A DNA stretch of 64,000 bases from Octopus vulgaris. Taxonomy: Eukaryota. The DNA is taken from positions 7,750,001 to 7,814,000 of the forward strand of contig OX597818.1 in the NCBI GenBank assembly GCA_951406725.2. Direction: 5' to 3'. Shown here piece by piece: positions 12,790-31,609 of the stretch. Position 1 is the first letter of the stretch; every line of letters starts with the position of its first letter. The notes under the pieces are model-generated. The model was not told where the DNA came from, did no database searches, and saw nothing but the letters and a program-made list of their open reading frames with translations. The position numbers were made by a program, and so were the translations under genes.

Positions 12790-13152
12790 ATTTTTTTTCT
12801 TCTTTCAATTTTGCCTCCATTTCTTGCCGAGTGTCTTCCCAACTCCTAGGGCAAATAAACTCATAGTATACATTGGTTGGCCATTAAACCAAACTCAATA
12901 GTTCGTTCATTTTTTTTTCATTTTATTTATTTGTTTTTTTTAAAGTTAAATTAAAATACATGAGCAGCAACAGTTCTGTATGTACTTGAAAGTCCCACAG
13001 AATGGTTACATTTTCTCCTTCAGTTACAGCCTCTGGGTGGTGATTATACCACTTGTCGGCAGTTTTGATATTGTAATGCCGACTTATTAGCCAGTGTAGA
13101 TATTGGCCAACTCTGTCATGTCTTAATTTATACTCGACTGGTGCTAAGACTT
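12790..13152 (-). mobile_element. Fragment of another R4/Dong-like subfamily
   Basis: 12995-13150 encodes LAPVEYKLRHDRVGQYLHWLISRHYNIKTADKWYNHHPEAVTEGENV and is flanked by (ATT)n. Confidence 0.8.
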
Positions 13153-13153
13153 A

Positions 13154-13234
<81 letters not shown>

Positions 13235-13239
<5 letters not shown>

Positions 13240-13840
13240 TAGTTTTATTTTTATTTTTATAGCGTGCTTTCACTTCACTACCGAGCGCAGCTCTGTTTGC
13301 CTTGGGTATGTGCTGTGATTTGTTGTGATGCTCTGATGGTTATTGTATGGAAAGTGTTCTGCGTAGGATGTGTGCAGTGCCTAGTAGTGCAATTTTCTGT
13401 ATGTTATATGTGTTTGTAAGTCCTGGTGTTTTTGTTATGTATTTGTCTGAATATTTTTTTATCATGCCTAATGCACCTACTATGATAGGAATTGTTTCTG
13501 TTTTCAGATTCCACATTCTAGTTACCTCTATTTCCAGGTCTTTGTATTTTGAGAGTTTCTCCATTTCTTTTAGAGACACGTTGTCATCTGCCGGTACTGA
13601 TACATCAATTAGAAAGCATTTTTTTCTTCATGGTCTCTGACAACTATATCTGGTCTGTTGGCCTTAATTTCTCTATCTGTGTGTATCGGCATATCCCAGA
13701 GTATGGTTGCTTTCTCGTTTTCTGTGACCTTTTCTGGTGTGTGCCTATACCATCTTTTTTCTGTTGTTATTCCATAATGTTGGCATAGCTTCCAATGTAT
13801 GTAAGTTCCAACTCTGTCATGTCTGTGAATATATTCCTTC

Positions 13841-13843
<3 letters not shown>
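13235..13843 (-). mobile_element. R4/Dong-like LINE copy B (3' 0.6 kb only)
   Basis: REL endonuclease C-terminus and a 3' UTR near-identical to A, C and D, with (TAA)n flanks. Confidence 0.95.
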
Positions 13844-15574
<1,731 letters not shown>

Positions 15575-16115
15575 TTCATTCCATGAAAGTGATACAGGCG
15601 TACAATATACGAAACCTAGTTTACCAATCATAACTACCGGTCTGATAAGAGTATACCTACACATTCATCACAACCATATGTGCACGAAATGGTGATCTCA
15701 CATCAATATTAACAACGCATGACATTGCAGGTGGGGTCCAGTTACAATTTTCTTCAGGTCGAGTGGCACATTCTACTTGAAAGTTCCATGAATAAGGGTT
15801 GCATAAGGATGTTGCATGAAACACCCATTTTCTCAGAGCTGAATATTCAAACCCGAAAGAATTCTTCTCAACATATGGCTATGATGCTCCCCCTCAACTT
15901 CTACTCGTGATCAGAGATACACTTATTGTCAGCAACTGAGAAAAATGCTTCACTGCCTAATGTCAAACAACTGACAAGCAAATCTGTGATATTGAGCAGA
16001 ATATTTGCTGTAGCCCATCTTTCATACCAAGACAAAACTATGTGCATGTTAGCACTTCAAATTAGTTAAGATCAGAAGCTATGAGAGCCAGTACCTGATA
16101 CTGCATCAGGGCACC
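15575..16115. repeat. Unclassified interspersed repeat
   Basis: A partial inverted copy lies at 1866-2018. Confidence 0.7.
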
Positions 16116-16126
16116 TAACATTGTTG

Positions 16127-19009
<2,883 letters not shown>

Positions 19010-19329
19010 TCTATGGGCTGCGATGCTCTTGTTGGTGTTGATGACTTTATATGGAAAGGAGTGTTTAAGATAAATAGAAACACAAATATAATGTAAAAGG
19101 TGAGGTTTTCCATCGATCAGTGATAACGTACCTTATCGTCTTGGAATCTTTGTTTGTGTTCAAGACGTTCTTGTAGATAGGTGCTGTGCAGTCAACTAAT
19201 CACCACCTAGTATTGTGTAACCTGAAACTGTCTGCAAATGGGAGAATAGACAAATATGTCAAGTTACAACATAGTCTGGACACGTGTATCACATCTGTAT
19301 AACTTCACAGAAGCTAATGTGTTCGAATG

Positions 19330-20300
19330 TGCCAAGGCCGTTGGAGTGGACGAAATATTGTCTAAGATGTAAAAAAACTTAACAGAGAAGGTATTCTGTG
19401 GCTGACTCATGCACGCTAGTTGGATGAAACCCCTGGAAAGATATCAAAGTAATGATCATCCGGAGTGGTAATCCCAATTTTTAAAAAGGACGACGAGGAA
19501 AAGTATCATAATTGTAGACGCATCTCCTCGGTAAGCCATCCCAGTAAATTCTCCGCTAAATGCCTGGAAAATAGATGTAATGACATTGTCGAGTTCACAT
19601 TATCTTAGGAACAGTATAGTTGTTATCATGGAGCTGCACGACCGACCAAATATTCACTCCATGGACGTCTTCCAGAAATCTTGGGAATATTTTCAAGAGG
19701 TACTTTGTAAACAACCAGAAAGGTATACGATAGCATGCCGTGGGGCATTCTGCAGAGTTTTGCAAGAGTTCGAGTTCGGAGGGAAATGTCTGGTTAGTGT
19801 GGGATCTCTATACAAATTTTAAGTTCAGGTGAACGGTGCTACGTTGAAATCTATAAATGAGGGTTTGGCATCGGGCATGGTACGTAAGTCAATTCTCTTT
19901 TCATAATTTAAAATAGATTGATATGCACTGTAATTGTGGAAAAGGCATCACAGTTAGTGTGTGTACGACCTGTTTGCTGATATTTGCAGGCGACACGGTG
20001 CTGCTTAGTGAGTCTCTGAATGGTTTTGCTTCCGAGTGTTGAAAGACAAGGATGATAATAAGTGTTTCAAAGACGGAGACATTTGGTTATTTCAAAAACA
20101 TTTTCCAGTATACTCTGCCTGTTTGTGGAACATGAGAGAGGCATGTGAAAATTATGAATCTCGATGCTGTTTTCAGAATTACTGGGCAGGAGGATACCGA
20201 AATGGATGCTAGATTTGCAAGTGCAGGTACAGTAATACTCTAGCAACTGCATTCGATAATCCGAGGATGGTCGTTTGGTAATTGCTAAATTCAATTCAAT
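19330..20300 (+). mobile_element. Degraded RTE-clade LINE RT
   Basis: Broken frames give KAVGVDEI...NREGILWLT...GVVIPIFKKDD...NCRRIS...KCLENR and LLIFAGDTVLL. Confidence 0.75.
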
Positions 20301-20339
20301 GTTTGTGTCATCCTGTCACGGACATGATACTTTCATACA

Positions 20340-22100
20340 GCTGTGTAAAGTTATTCAGCCAGTAACATTGTACCTCATCCGGTCCTGGTCCTTTCCAATT
20401 TGCAATTTTTAAAAAAACTTCTGTCTCGGTTTATATAGATTAATTCTGACTTCATTTTGACTTGGTACAGTTTCTCTTTCCATTTTTGTTAGCCCCCACG
20501 CTTTCTTTATATCTCGCCGGCCTTATCTACAGACTTCCTCACGATTTTTTAATTTCTTCCGCATATGGATTCAGCTCCTAGTATTGACCTCCGTTTATTT
20601 TCTCAAATAGACGCATTCTATTTGAATGGAACAGTCTGTCCTGTTGAACACATTTGCCTCTAACATAATATCTTTTCAATTTGGTCTTTAATGCTGTCAC
20701 CTTTTGTGCCAATTCTTTATGTAATGCTTGTTTTCCTCTGTCCTGTAACCTGCACTGTCTATTAAATTTTCTTATTACTTTCTTATTCTTGAGCTCTCAT
20801 CTAATTATCCTGCTCAATTGCTTCATTTCATTCCTATCTTTTCCAGCTTCATTCGTATTCTTTTCTTTCAGCTTGGTTCTTTCTTTTCATTTGCTATTAT
20901 ATCTTCAGTTTTTCGCTTGTAGCCTACTAGGTTGGCTACGACATTAGCAGTAGCTATGATTAGCTGGTTTGTTTCACTGATGTTTTCTGTTTTAATCAAG
21001 CTTAAAACGTCATTTACTTTGCCTGTGGCTTTCCTCACTCGTTTTCTACTCATATATATTTCTTTATTGCCTACAGGTGGCTAAACACAGAGAGAACAAT
21101 CAAGAGGAATAAGTCGATTACGTCGGTCCCAGTGCGTAACTGATACTTAGTTAATTGACCCTGGAAGGACGAAAGCAAAGTCGACCTCGGCGGAATTTGA
21201 ACTCAGAACGTAACGGCAGACGAAATACTTATTTCTTTACTACCAACAAGGGTTTAAACACTGAGAGGACAAACAAGGACAGACAAACGGATTAAGTCGA
21301 TTATATCGACCCCAGTGCGTAACTGGTACTTATTTAATCGACCTCGAAAGGATGAAAGGCACAGTCGACCTCGGCAGAATTTGATCTCAGAATGTAGCGG
21401 CAGACGAAATACCGCTAAGCATTTCGCCCGGCGTGGTAACCATTCTACCAGGTCGCCCCCTTATTCTTTTCTATCCATATATCTTACATTCGGTGGTACT
21501 CCATTGTTCCCATCAGTCACTTTATCGCAACATTTCTAAAATCGCCCCTTCATCATTCAATTCTTGTGTAGTACTTATTGGCACTTGTCCATCAATTTCG
21601 TCTTCATTGGTTACTTTATCAGTATTCTCTGGTACTCTTCAGTTTCCATCTGTTTCATGTTTTTCATCTTTTACCACTTCTTTACCGCTTTCTAATACTA
21701 CTGTTTCGCTCTCCTGCTCTTTTTTATTATCTTACTCTGAATTTCTTCAGTCTCTGCTCTCGTAATCGTTCCTATGGATTGTTCTTGCTTGATCAATCAG
21801 TCGCTGGGCAGATGCTTAAATACTTTCCTTTTCATCCTATATTCTCTTCATTCGATTGTTGTAGGCTTTTTCATTTGGTTCACTTCTCAACCAGCATTCT
21901 ATTATTATTTTGTTTACTTCTATTTCCGTTTTCATTTTTTTTTTTACGTTTGCCCTTTTGACTGCTATTTTGGCCCCGATCAATAGCTTAGTGACGACCT
22001 GCCGGAGCTTGATCAGACGCTCCCAGCCTGCCACGGGCGACACCGTCACTGTTAACAATTCTAGTTCAGATAGCGCAGTTTTGGTTACTTTTTAATTTTG
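20340..22100 (-). mobile_element. Degraded 5' half of an R4-clade LINE, interrupted by a SINE dimer
   Basis: EVNKIIIECWLRSEP...RMKRI, QRLIDQAR and VNDVLSLIKTENISETNQLI.ATA.VV resemble R4/Dong N-terminal regions. Confidence 0.7.
21058..21460 (-). mobile_element. SINE, family A, tandem dimer
   Basis: Reverse-complement match to 7157-7390, in two units. Confidence 0.88.
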
Positions 22101-22134
22101 ACATCATTCTTCATCACAAAATCATTAGCTCATT

Positions 22135-22275
22135 GATAAATGCTTAGCGGCATTTCGTCCGTGGGTATGTTCTGAGTTCAAATTATGCCGAGGTCAAATT
22201 TACCTTTCATTTCTTGATGTAATCGACTACACCCCTCAAATTTCTGGCCTTGTGCCTATTGTAGAAAGTATTATT
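22135..22275 (+). mobile_element. SINE, family A, fragment
   Basis: aaatgcttagcggcatttcgtc...gagttcaaatt. Confidence 0.75.
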
Positions 22276-25261
22276 TTTGTTGCTGCTAATGTTGTTGTCG
22301 TCGTTTTTATTGTTGTTGTTGTTAATGTTTCTGTTGAAATTTTTATGTATAATTCTCTGTTCCACTGATTTTATCTGACACTTCCATCGATTTGCAATTC
22401 ATTTCTAATATATTTTATGAAATAAATATCAATTAAGTCATTGAGTTGATGCAATAGCCATAAACCTTCAGTAGAATTTGAATCATGATACCATCTTACG
22501 AAATTGTTGACATGTTTTTTTTTTACGTCATGGCGATTTGCATATGTAAATTTGTGTAGGTGTATGAATGAATCCATGAATAATTTGTGAAAATGCTTTC
22601 CGAATATGAAACAAATTATACTTGTAATGATGATCAGAATCAAATAGCAAATTAGCTTCTAATTTTATGAAACCTACTGATGTTGCACAAATTTTAACAT
22701 AATAGAGAGTGAATGTTTTCAACTAATTATAAACTATGAGTAAGGCTTCAAGGAAATAATAAAGAACAATGCAATATATTAAAAACTATCCGTAAATCTT
22801 TAACATTTGTTGCAAAACAGATCAAATAATAAGGCAGCTAATTTACAAAATTATTTCATGATAATAAAAATACAAAGATATTAAGGAAAAATCCGATTAG
22901 AAATTTGGTAAAAATACTATGAAACATCTAAGTTACATTCTGAGATAAACTGAAAATATAAATTAATAGACAGATGTATTTGTCTAGTTACTTGGTTTAT
23001 ATCAAAAAGAGAAAAAAAAATGTGTGAGTTCTAATAAACATGCCTTTTTAAATATTAGTATACTCGAAGTAAATTTGCTTCCATTAGTAATTGGAACTAA
23101 ATGATGATGACAATTTTTTGCTTTACGAATTTCACGACATTGAAAACCCATGAAAGATAAATATAAAACGGGAAAAAATAAAAATTAATTTTCAAACAAT
23201 AATAGATTTTGGCATCATGAGGTGTTCAGCAATTTCCTGAGTTTTATAATCACTAGTAACTCGGGATGGTTTCGCAAAGTATTAACTAGTCTTCTTAAAC
23301 TTAAAGTAAGTTTAAATTTACGTCAGTTTCTTTAACATTAAGCCAAAATGAAATATGTGAACACTTTTGTATACGGTCTTGTACTCAGTTAAACATGGAA
23401 TTGCATTTATCAAAATCTACAGACACAGTTAAATGGAGGCAGATTTTAAATTTGGCGTAACCAAAATAAGTACATTTCATTTCATTTCCCATATATTTAA
23501 CTTTCTACTATCCTCCTGCTTGAAAGTAGATTAAGTAGCTCTATCGTTTCAAGCCCACTTTTCCGTCAATTACTCAGTATCAGATTATCTTCACTCATTC
23601 TAAATAATAAGTAATGTTTCTTGCTGATAAATGGCCTAAATTTCCCCGACAGCGTGAATACCGTCTGTTGATGTCAGTTTATCAGGACTTCTACTGGTGC
23701 CAAATCACTCACACTATTCTTAATTTCCAAGCAGCAATATTACTTCCTTGTTAATCACGCTGGAGGTGAAGACCATTTATATTGATGTTACTCTGCTGAT
23801 AGTGATAGAGGTGATATTGGTGTTCTTAGTGATAATGATAGAAAGTTCTAATTAGACGAGAATTTATTTCAGGCATGTATCTATCTATCACTTAGTCTAG
23901 ATTACGTTTGGCATTAGTTAATGCTTTATCACAGACTCTGTTGTTTAAATTTACTAGAAGATATATCAATTCGGAGATTTCTAGAACACACTTCATTCCT
24001 ACAATAATTTTCTTCTAATTAAATAGTAGTACGAGATATTACTGCTGGTATTTTAATGATGATATCTGGATCTGGAAAAAGATTTGTAAGCAAAACAGCA
24101 AATTTATTTATGATTTTGTACTTCACGAAATGTGGGTGCAAATAAAATAAAAATGGATACACAATGAAGGAAAGAAATGTCATTGATTTGTAAGTAATGG
24201 AAATGTAAGGTTGAAATGCTGAGGAGCAATAATGAGTCAAAATATGCTTGAAATATTAAAAATTTAAACAAAAAAATGTGTTGAGAAATGAAAGAAACTA
24301 TTAAGCTTATTTAAATCCAAAAATCAAAACAAGTACTCCAAAACATATGTAGTATTATTACAGAAGGGAATATGCGAGAACGATTTACTGTTAAATTAGT
24401 TCACAAACGAAAGAGATATTACATTGCCACGACACTCCATAAAAAAACTGCAATTAATTCTCCTTCCTCGCCTTATATAAACTAGGGTTAAAACATGACT
24501 ACAATGCTGGAAGTATTTCTTTACAACCAGTTGATATCTATATGATTGGTATTCCAAAAGTATTCTTCCAGACTATCCTGGTATAATTTCTCTGTCGCTG
24601 GTGTAATAAGTGCAAATCGTCACTCAATACACAATAGATCCCTGTTTCGGATCCAGTTAACAAACGTGAATTTCCAAAATATATCGGTTAATCAAATTAC
24701 TCTACGGTGCACATGTTTGCACATGGAGCAGTAGTTCTTCTTCGTTGATTTTGATTCATTGCTACCATGTTTGTCGTGTTGCTTGGCAACCTTCAAGTTT
24801 TGTAGCGTTGAGAACCATAAAATCTGTACTCTTTACTGTCATCTTTTTTCTGCTACTATCCATCTGATAAAAGCGTTCATGATATATCGTCCTAGCCTCC
24901 CTAAAACATCTGTATTTCTGACACAATCATGATTTGATATTTTCAAATATTTACCCCCAAACGTTGGGGGACATATAGTTGCTAACGGATACGATTCACT
25001 TGTACACAGTACATTTATTTATGTACAGGCAGACGTGGATGCTGAACAACAATCTGTTCAGTAAGGAATACAGCGTCTACAATTTTACGATTTTGCATTT
25101 TACATCAGTTTCAATTTTAGTATTATCGAACTAAACATAACACACCTACCCCAACAATTTCAAGATTTCTGCAGCATGATTTACATTGTGTACGGTTTGG
25201 TCATCTGTTCAGAAATACCCAACGACTTCTCTGTTGTTGCTTCGCCTCTAGTTCTCATATA

Positions 25262-25382
25262 TATATTATATTATATTGTAATATATAACATAATATAATA
25301 TAATATAATATTATATTATATTATATTATATTATATTATATTATATTATATTATATTATATTATATTATATAATATTATATT
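25262..25382. repeat. (TATTA)n pentanucleotide repeat
   Basis: Visible tandem units. Confidence 0.9.
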
Positions 25383-25671
25383 AGAGGAACATTGGAAACC
25401 AAGGCAGAATTAGTATCTCAAGTCATTTAGAATAATTTAATTAGGTTGAGGCAAATTTGAAGCCTTACAGCCGTTTCTGGGATAACCCTAGTGGTTGGTT
25501 AGCATGCCCGTGCACTGGGTATTCCGTCATCAGAGAGAAGCTATGAATATTTTATGCGCGGAAAATTTACAGTGTACAAGAAGAAATCACCCTACAAGAA
25601 GAAATTTACCCTAATTAAATTATTCTAAATGACTTAAGATACTCGTTTTTCCTTGGTTTTCATTTCTCCTC
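25383..25671 (-). mobile_element. ~290-bp inverted-repeat module enclosing a hammerhead motif
   Basis: A ~63-bp imperfect inverted repeat lies at 25383-25445 and 25609-25671. CUGAUGA...GAAAC-GGCU-GUA is on the minus strand at 25462-25537. Confidence 0.65.
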
Positions 25672-25818
25672 TACTATAATATATACTTGCTATAACGGAG
25701 CTCTAACACAGATCCCGAGATCCAGCTTCAGTTGTGATTTTGAAACCTAATGGTCGACAAACTATAGCACATACTCAGCCTACATATTCGTTTAGATTAC
25801 AAGTGAACAAAACCGTTC

Positions 25819-25886
<68 letters not shown>

Positions 25887-26467
25887 ACATACACAAGTGA
25901 GTAGACAAAGAAAAGAAGGGCTCTCAACGCATTTGACTGAAAATAGTCTGATTGATATTCCTTTAGCACTTGAATTTTCAAAGCGTAATGCTAATCTTCA
26001 ACCATTGGAAATTTGGAACTTGAATCAAACTGCTTTAATCCCCCCGCCACACATATATAGTAGGTATGTATACGCTTTCGATTAAATCTGTGTACTAGCT
26101 GTATAAATATCTAATTCAGGTATTAATTACAAATGTATGTTTACTTTATTTTCTTTATTACATTCATATTGATTCTGTAGAGTAATATTTAGTTTACTTT
26201 TACCCTCGCTATTCCAGAATTACCCAAATTAACAGCTAAATCTTCTTCTAAATTAAACTAGAATCTTAGAAGAATCATTAGTGATATCGTTCTGTAAGCA
26301 CTCTGTTTATTATATAAGACAAAATAGTCAGAATTGAAATGCCTTCGATCATTAGATTACCGGATCCGTATGGCTGAGCACATCACATGAAATGTTCAAT
26401 TCATTTTTGTAGTTATAGTTTACAGGGTGAGATATTTCTGATCTTAAGTTTATCTGAAAACAAAATA

Positions 26468-27535
26468 CTGGGTCGTCCAGAAAGTTCGTGCCGATTTTTA
26501 AAGGAACGAAAAAGGTCAATAAATGCTTGCCATTACATTTTTAATCAACCAAATATTAACCATTTTGTTACACAATGCGTCTCCATCTTGAAAATAACCT
26601 CTTCCCAGAATTGAGGTGGTTTCATGACAATTCATCAAAGTATCATTTTATTCCATCCAAGGAATTGAAATTTTTACCATTAAGACTATTCTGCAGAGAC
26701 CTGAATAAGTGGAAATCCGAAAGAGCAATATCTGGTGAATATGGAGTTTGCGGTAACACATCCCAGCCGTGCTGCAGCAATTTTGTCTGATTCCCAAAGA
26801 AACGTGTGGTCTTGCATTATCATGTAGGAAAACAACACCCATCTTGTTGGTCAATTCTGGACGTTTCGTTTCAATTGCTGCTTTTAACACATCCAGTTGT
26901 GTGCAGTATTTCTTAGAATTAATTGTCTGGTTACTTAGGAGAAGCTCATACTACAGAATTCCTTTCCAATCCCACCATAAACAAAGCAAAACTTTTTAGG
27001 GTGAAGATCCACTTTTGGGGTGGCTAAGGGTGGCTTATGTCGCTTACTCCGGGATCGCTTTCTCTGAACATTTCGGTAGATAATCCATTTCTTATCGCCT
27101 GTCTCAAATTGCTTTAAAAAAGGCGCGTTTTCATTCCGTTTATAAAACGAATCACAGATGGAAATGCCATCCAAAAGGTTCTTCTTACTCAACTCATGTG
27201 GTACCCAAACATCGTAGCAATTTGTGTACCCAAGCTTTACTAGGTGCTCACGAACGACGGATTTTGATAATTTGAGGCTTTCTGCCAATTCTCGGGTTGT
27301 ACAATGTGGGTCATTCTCATCAAGTGCCCAAAATGAACTTTCTTATCTTTCATTTTAAAGGGCTACAGAATTAACACAGGTTATAGGAACACAAACCTTC
27401 TTCCACGAAAAGATAGCTTAAACTTTGCTTTAAATGGAGGTGTAGTCAAATCCTATATTTTTGACTCAACGATGTTCTAAAATAATCCGAAATGTAAGCT
27501 ACTATAAATCGGCACGAACTTTACGGAAAACCCAA
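26468..27535 (-). mobile_element. mariner transposon relic with an internal deletion
   Basis: TIRs TA|CTGGGTCGTCCAGAAAGTTCGTGCCGATTT and AAATCGGCACGAACTTTACGGAAAACCCAA|TA, with WVPHEL, TGDKKWI and LHDNARPH motifs. Confidence 0.93.
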
Positions 27536-29214
27536 TAGTTTAATTCCCAACGGGCTGCAGACATGTGATATATCATATTTTTATTAAATATTCTGATCTT
27601 CTTTTCATAAAACAGTAGTTTTAGCCTAAATTATAATTTTAAACATCGTTTTATGATTAGGTCAGTACATGGGCAGGAATGTTTCGAATAAAATAGTCTC
27701 AATATTTTGAGATATATTCAGATCCTGAGATTATCAAATTTCGTTCTTCACTCTTTGAAGCCGACAAAATACTATGGTGATTTACTCAACTGCGCCCATG
27801 TCACAAATATGTAGCATTTCTCCACAGAGATAATATTCTAGTTGCTTTAATATATCTGAGAACGGAGGGTGTTGTCAGTTTATTTTACCTTTCCTTCTCA
27901 CCTATTTTTGTTGCTCAATTTCATTTCCCTCGTTGCTCTGTTTGAAGGTCTTTCTTAATGTTATATCCAATTAAAGAGCCAAGGTAATATGTAAATAGTC
28001 TTTCTCTTATCAACAGCCACTTTTCAAAACTAACTCAGAGATAAAGAAAAAATTATGTTAAATATCTCTCAGGATTCATTTTCAGCACAATAAGTCATAT
28101 ATTTTTGCTAGCGTGCACACACGGAAACACACAATATGTAGGTACGTTTGTGAGAACATATTTTTTAAATGAACATATGAACATATATTGATATATCTTT
28201 ATATGTGCGTTCCACGATATTGTATTTGTGTGAATAGCTACACACATAAACACACGAGTTTATGTGCTTAGTTTAAGCTAAAGTTTATATGCTGTATTAA
28301 CTTAAAATTGTCATGTAACACTTGTGGCGAAACATAACACTTAAATATGTTTGTCTCGAAATGTTTCTAATTAAGGAAACAACAACATTATAAAAAACAA
28401 AAAGAACTCAAACTGAAAGATATCATCAAACAAAATACAAACGTGCCTTGTTAGAAATTCGAAGGATCAGGTGTTGATATTCTAAACAGAAATATTTTCA
28501 TAAAAATTTTCTTTCTTAGATTTGTTTTAACTTTATTCCATAACCTATAAAATATAAAATAACATTAACATGCTAAAAATATTTGCAAATTATCATTTTG
28601 TTTTGTAAATATTGTTGCAGATCGCTGTTAATAAGAATGTTTGCTCAATGATACTTCGATTTTTCTCCTGATAGCAAATCAGATTTGGACAAATGTAATA
28701 GTACTTTCTTCCTCATTTTATAATGTTATTAACCCTCATCTGCATTTTATGTAATTCGTTTATTTCTATTTTATCAAAGTAATGATCATTCCTACAGTTT
28801 AGCTGAGAAAATTCAATAGGTTTTATTTATTTGTTTGAATCATTTACATTCTCAGGATCTCAGCTGCATGATGTTAAGGCATTTAATTATTCAGAAAAAG
28901 TGTAAAAACTTGGCAAAATATAACCAAAACTACAAACATAAGTTTTTTAACTTTTGATATTTTAGAAATATTCAACTTGAACTTTAGTTAGATTTGTTTT
29001 TATTTCTTTCCTTTTTTACTTTTTTATTTTTGTGAATATTATATCTGTAGATGACTCTGAAAACTCTGAAAATTCAGATGATAAAATAATCATTTTCTGG
29101 TGCTATTTTAAGATATTTCTTCTCAGAATCGAAGCTCTCCTCCCTGTTTCAAATCTTCTGAATTCCACTATGAGAAGGGTTTCAAATATTTCTTCGTCTC
29201 TACAGATATTCAAT

Positions 29215-29410
29215 ATGTAGTTAGGGTATTCGTTTCATGATTGTAAGTTCGATAACCGGCATCTCGTTGTGTCCAAGACACTTTATTTCATGCTGCACCA
29301 GTGAGCTCAGCTGGCAAAGATGAGTTGTGCTTGAAATTCAAAAGGACATCCTTGTCATATCCTGTGACACGCTGAATATCCCTGAGAACAACGTTAAGGG
29401 TACGTGTGTA
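29215..29410 (+). mobile_element. Degenerate SINE (third family)
   Basis: tagttagggt...gttcgataacc head; the core is shared with ~7990. Confidence 0.55.
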
Positions 29411-30464
29411 TTTTTAATATTTTTATTTTTTACATGTTCAAGATTAGGGATCATTTTAAATAATAGTGGGTGAGGGAAAAATAAACAAGACTGTTTAAGT
29501 TGACGTATGATCTAATAATTTCAATTCATGATAAACTTGAACTGAAATGGATAAAATTGAAACTCCGGAAAATTGATAAAAATATCGATGTAGTTGTAAG
29601 TGATATCAAAATGCTTATATTAATAATAATTTAAAAGATCGATACAAGCCCGGCGAAAAGCTTCACTTCTTACTATCGGGTCTATTAATTAACTGGTACT
29701 CAATTTTGTCGACGCTAGTGGGATAGAAGACACAACTAGTTATAGTTAATTTTGATTCCAAACCCTGCAGAAGTAAAGAAATGAAAAGTATCTTAAAAGA
29801 TTTCTGAAAATACTCTCACGATTCGTCTTTTTCGTCCTCTAATGATTTGGGTATGAAACCAGTAGTTCAGAAGTGAGGGCTCAAAACAAAAACATCCTAA
29901 CTAATACTAAAAAGATATATTATTTATTCGACTGATAAGGCTGCAAAAGGTTTGCTGGCCTTCTGTCTAAATCAAAAACATTTAAGGGTAGGTCAAAACA
30001 CTTATCTGACACTCGAACGATTTTGTCAGCTCACCGCCCTAATTCTTTTTAATGAAAGAAGGACGAAGTTAGATGATTACATGAACCTCCTTGCTCGACT
30101 GGGATCGACGTAATCCACATTTTTATTGTACCCGACGAATTAGAGCAGAGTAAACTCCGGTGGCATTTGATCAAATAAATATGCATCATCTATTTCCGAG
30201 ACTCTAAAGATCAGCTAGTCATCTTGATTATAAGTAACAAAAATTTCAAATATTCGCATAAATCCAATAATTCTTTTGTGACGAAAAGTACACCTGACAT
30301 TTTTCAACCCGCAAATGAGCAAAGTAATATTTACATTGAGGGGACTTGAAATCAGAAAACAAATGTCTCTAAGTATCTTTTATGACGCGCTTAGAGATTC
30401 TGGCCGCTTACCGCCTTCATAATGGCAGTAAGATTTAAAATAATAACAACAATAATAGTTATTA

Positions 30465-30770
30465 TAATAATCCTTTCTTCAATCGGTACATTACCTCAGA
30501 TTTTGCGGGGGGTGGTGAGTAGTCGGTTACATCCACTCAAGTGCTCAAGTGGTGCTTATTTTGTCGACCACAAAATAGTGATAGTTAACACACGACCTGG
30601 GCAGAAATTCAACTCAGAAAGTGAAGAATTTGCACTCAGTGTGAGAAGTTGGACGAGATGCTGCTAAGCATTTTGCAGTGTGCGAATGATTCTACCGGCT
30701 TGCCGCCTTTAAAAGGAAAAGCCGACATCGGTGGAATTTGAACTCGGAATATAAAGACAGACGAAGTGCG
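30465..30770 (-). mobile_element. SINE, family A, degenerate copies
   Basis: ggaatttgaactc and ctaagcattt...cttgccgcctt match family A in reverse. Confidence 0.65.
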
Positions 30771-31609
30771 GAAAAAATAGATAATTGTTTCTGCTGTTTA
30801 ATGTAAGGGACTTAATTATTTTTCACAGGGTACCTGAATGCAACTCAAAGATTAATTGTCAAGACAAATGCCTTTAAGTAACCACATTAATACTGTGCTG
30901 AAATACAGTCAAGGTGTCCCAGGTATTTAGCCTCTTCCTGCGTTTAGCATGGGCACAGGCAAGGCACTTAAACTTCAAGAACCTTATCTATTTATCTATG
31001 AGGAGCTAATACGGAACTGATATGCGCAACGCCTTCAGCAACATAGAGCAGTGTGTATGTGAAAGAGTATTTATGCATTTAAATTATTATTTACTTTTTC
31101 ACCTTATAAAGTCAAATTTATACAAAATTGTATGTCAAGTCCTGACGTAATTATGCGATTCATCCTGTCCAAAACTACTTGATTTTCTTTAAAATTAAGA
31201 TAACTTGTTTTATATGTCTCGCATAACAGACCAGTCTATGAATAAGTTTAAATAATATCTGGACTCCTAGATCTATTTATTTGTGTGAAAAAATAATTCA
31301 TTAGAAGAGATACTTATACAAATAAGTCTGATTAATCAGCATTGATTCCCCGGACGTTAAAGAGGAGGAAAGTATGTGGCAGCTAGTTGATGTTTACCCT
31401 AGAGGAAACAATTGAGAAAGCAAAAAAGGAAACAGGAACTAAAAAAAAAAACAATAAATTAACTGTGGAAGAAAGATGTTGAAGGTTGGTACGAAAAATA
31501 GAACGAGTAAAAAGAAACGGAATGAAGAAGACTAAAATCCTCGTCCTCACTGATTGCAGAAAGTTACTTCAATATAACTGGTTTAGAACGAAATAAGAAG
31601 TGATGGGTT

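Noticed and set aside
24400-25250. Coding-like stretch, possibly a hAT relic
   Set aside because: The part I translated has stops in every minus-strand frame and no convincing motif, and I found no TIR.
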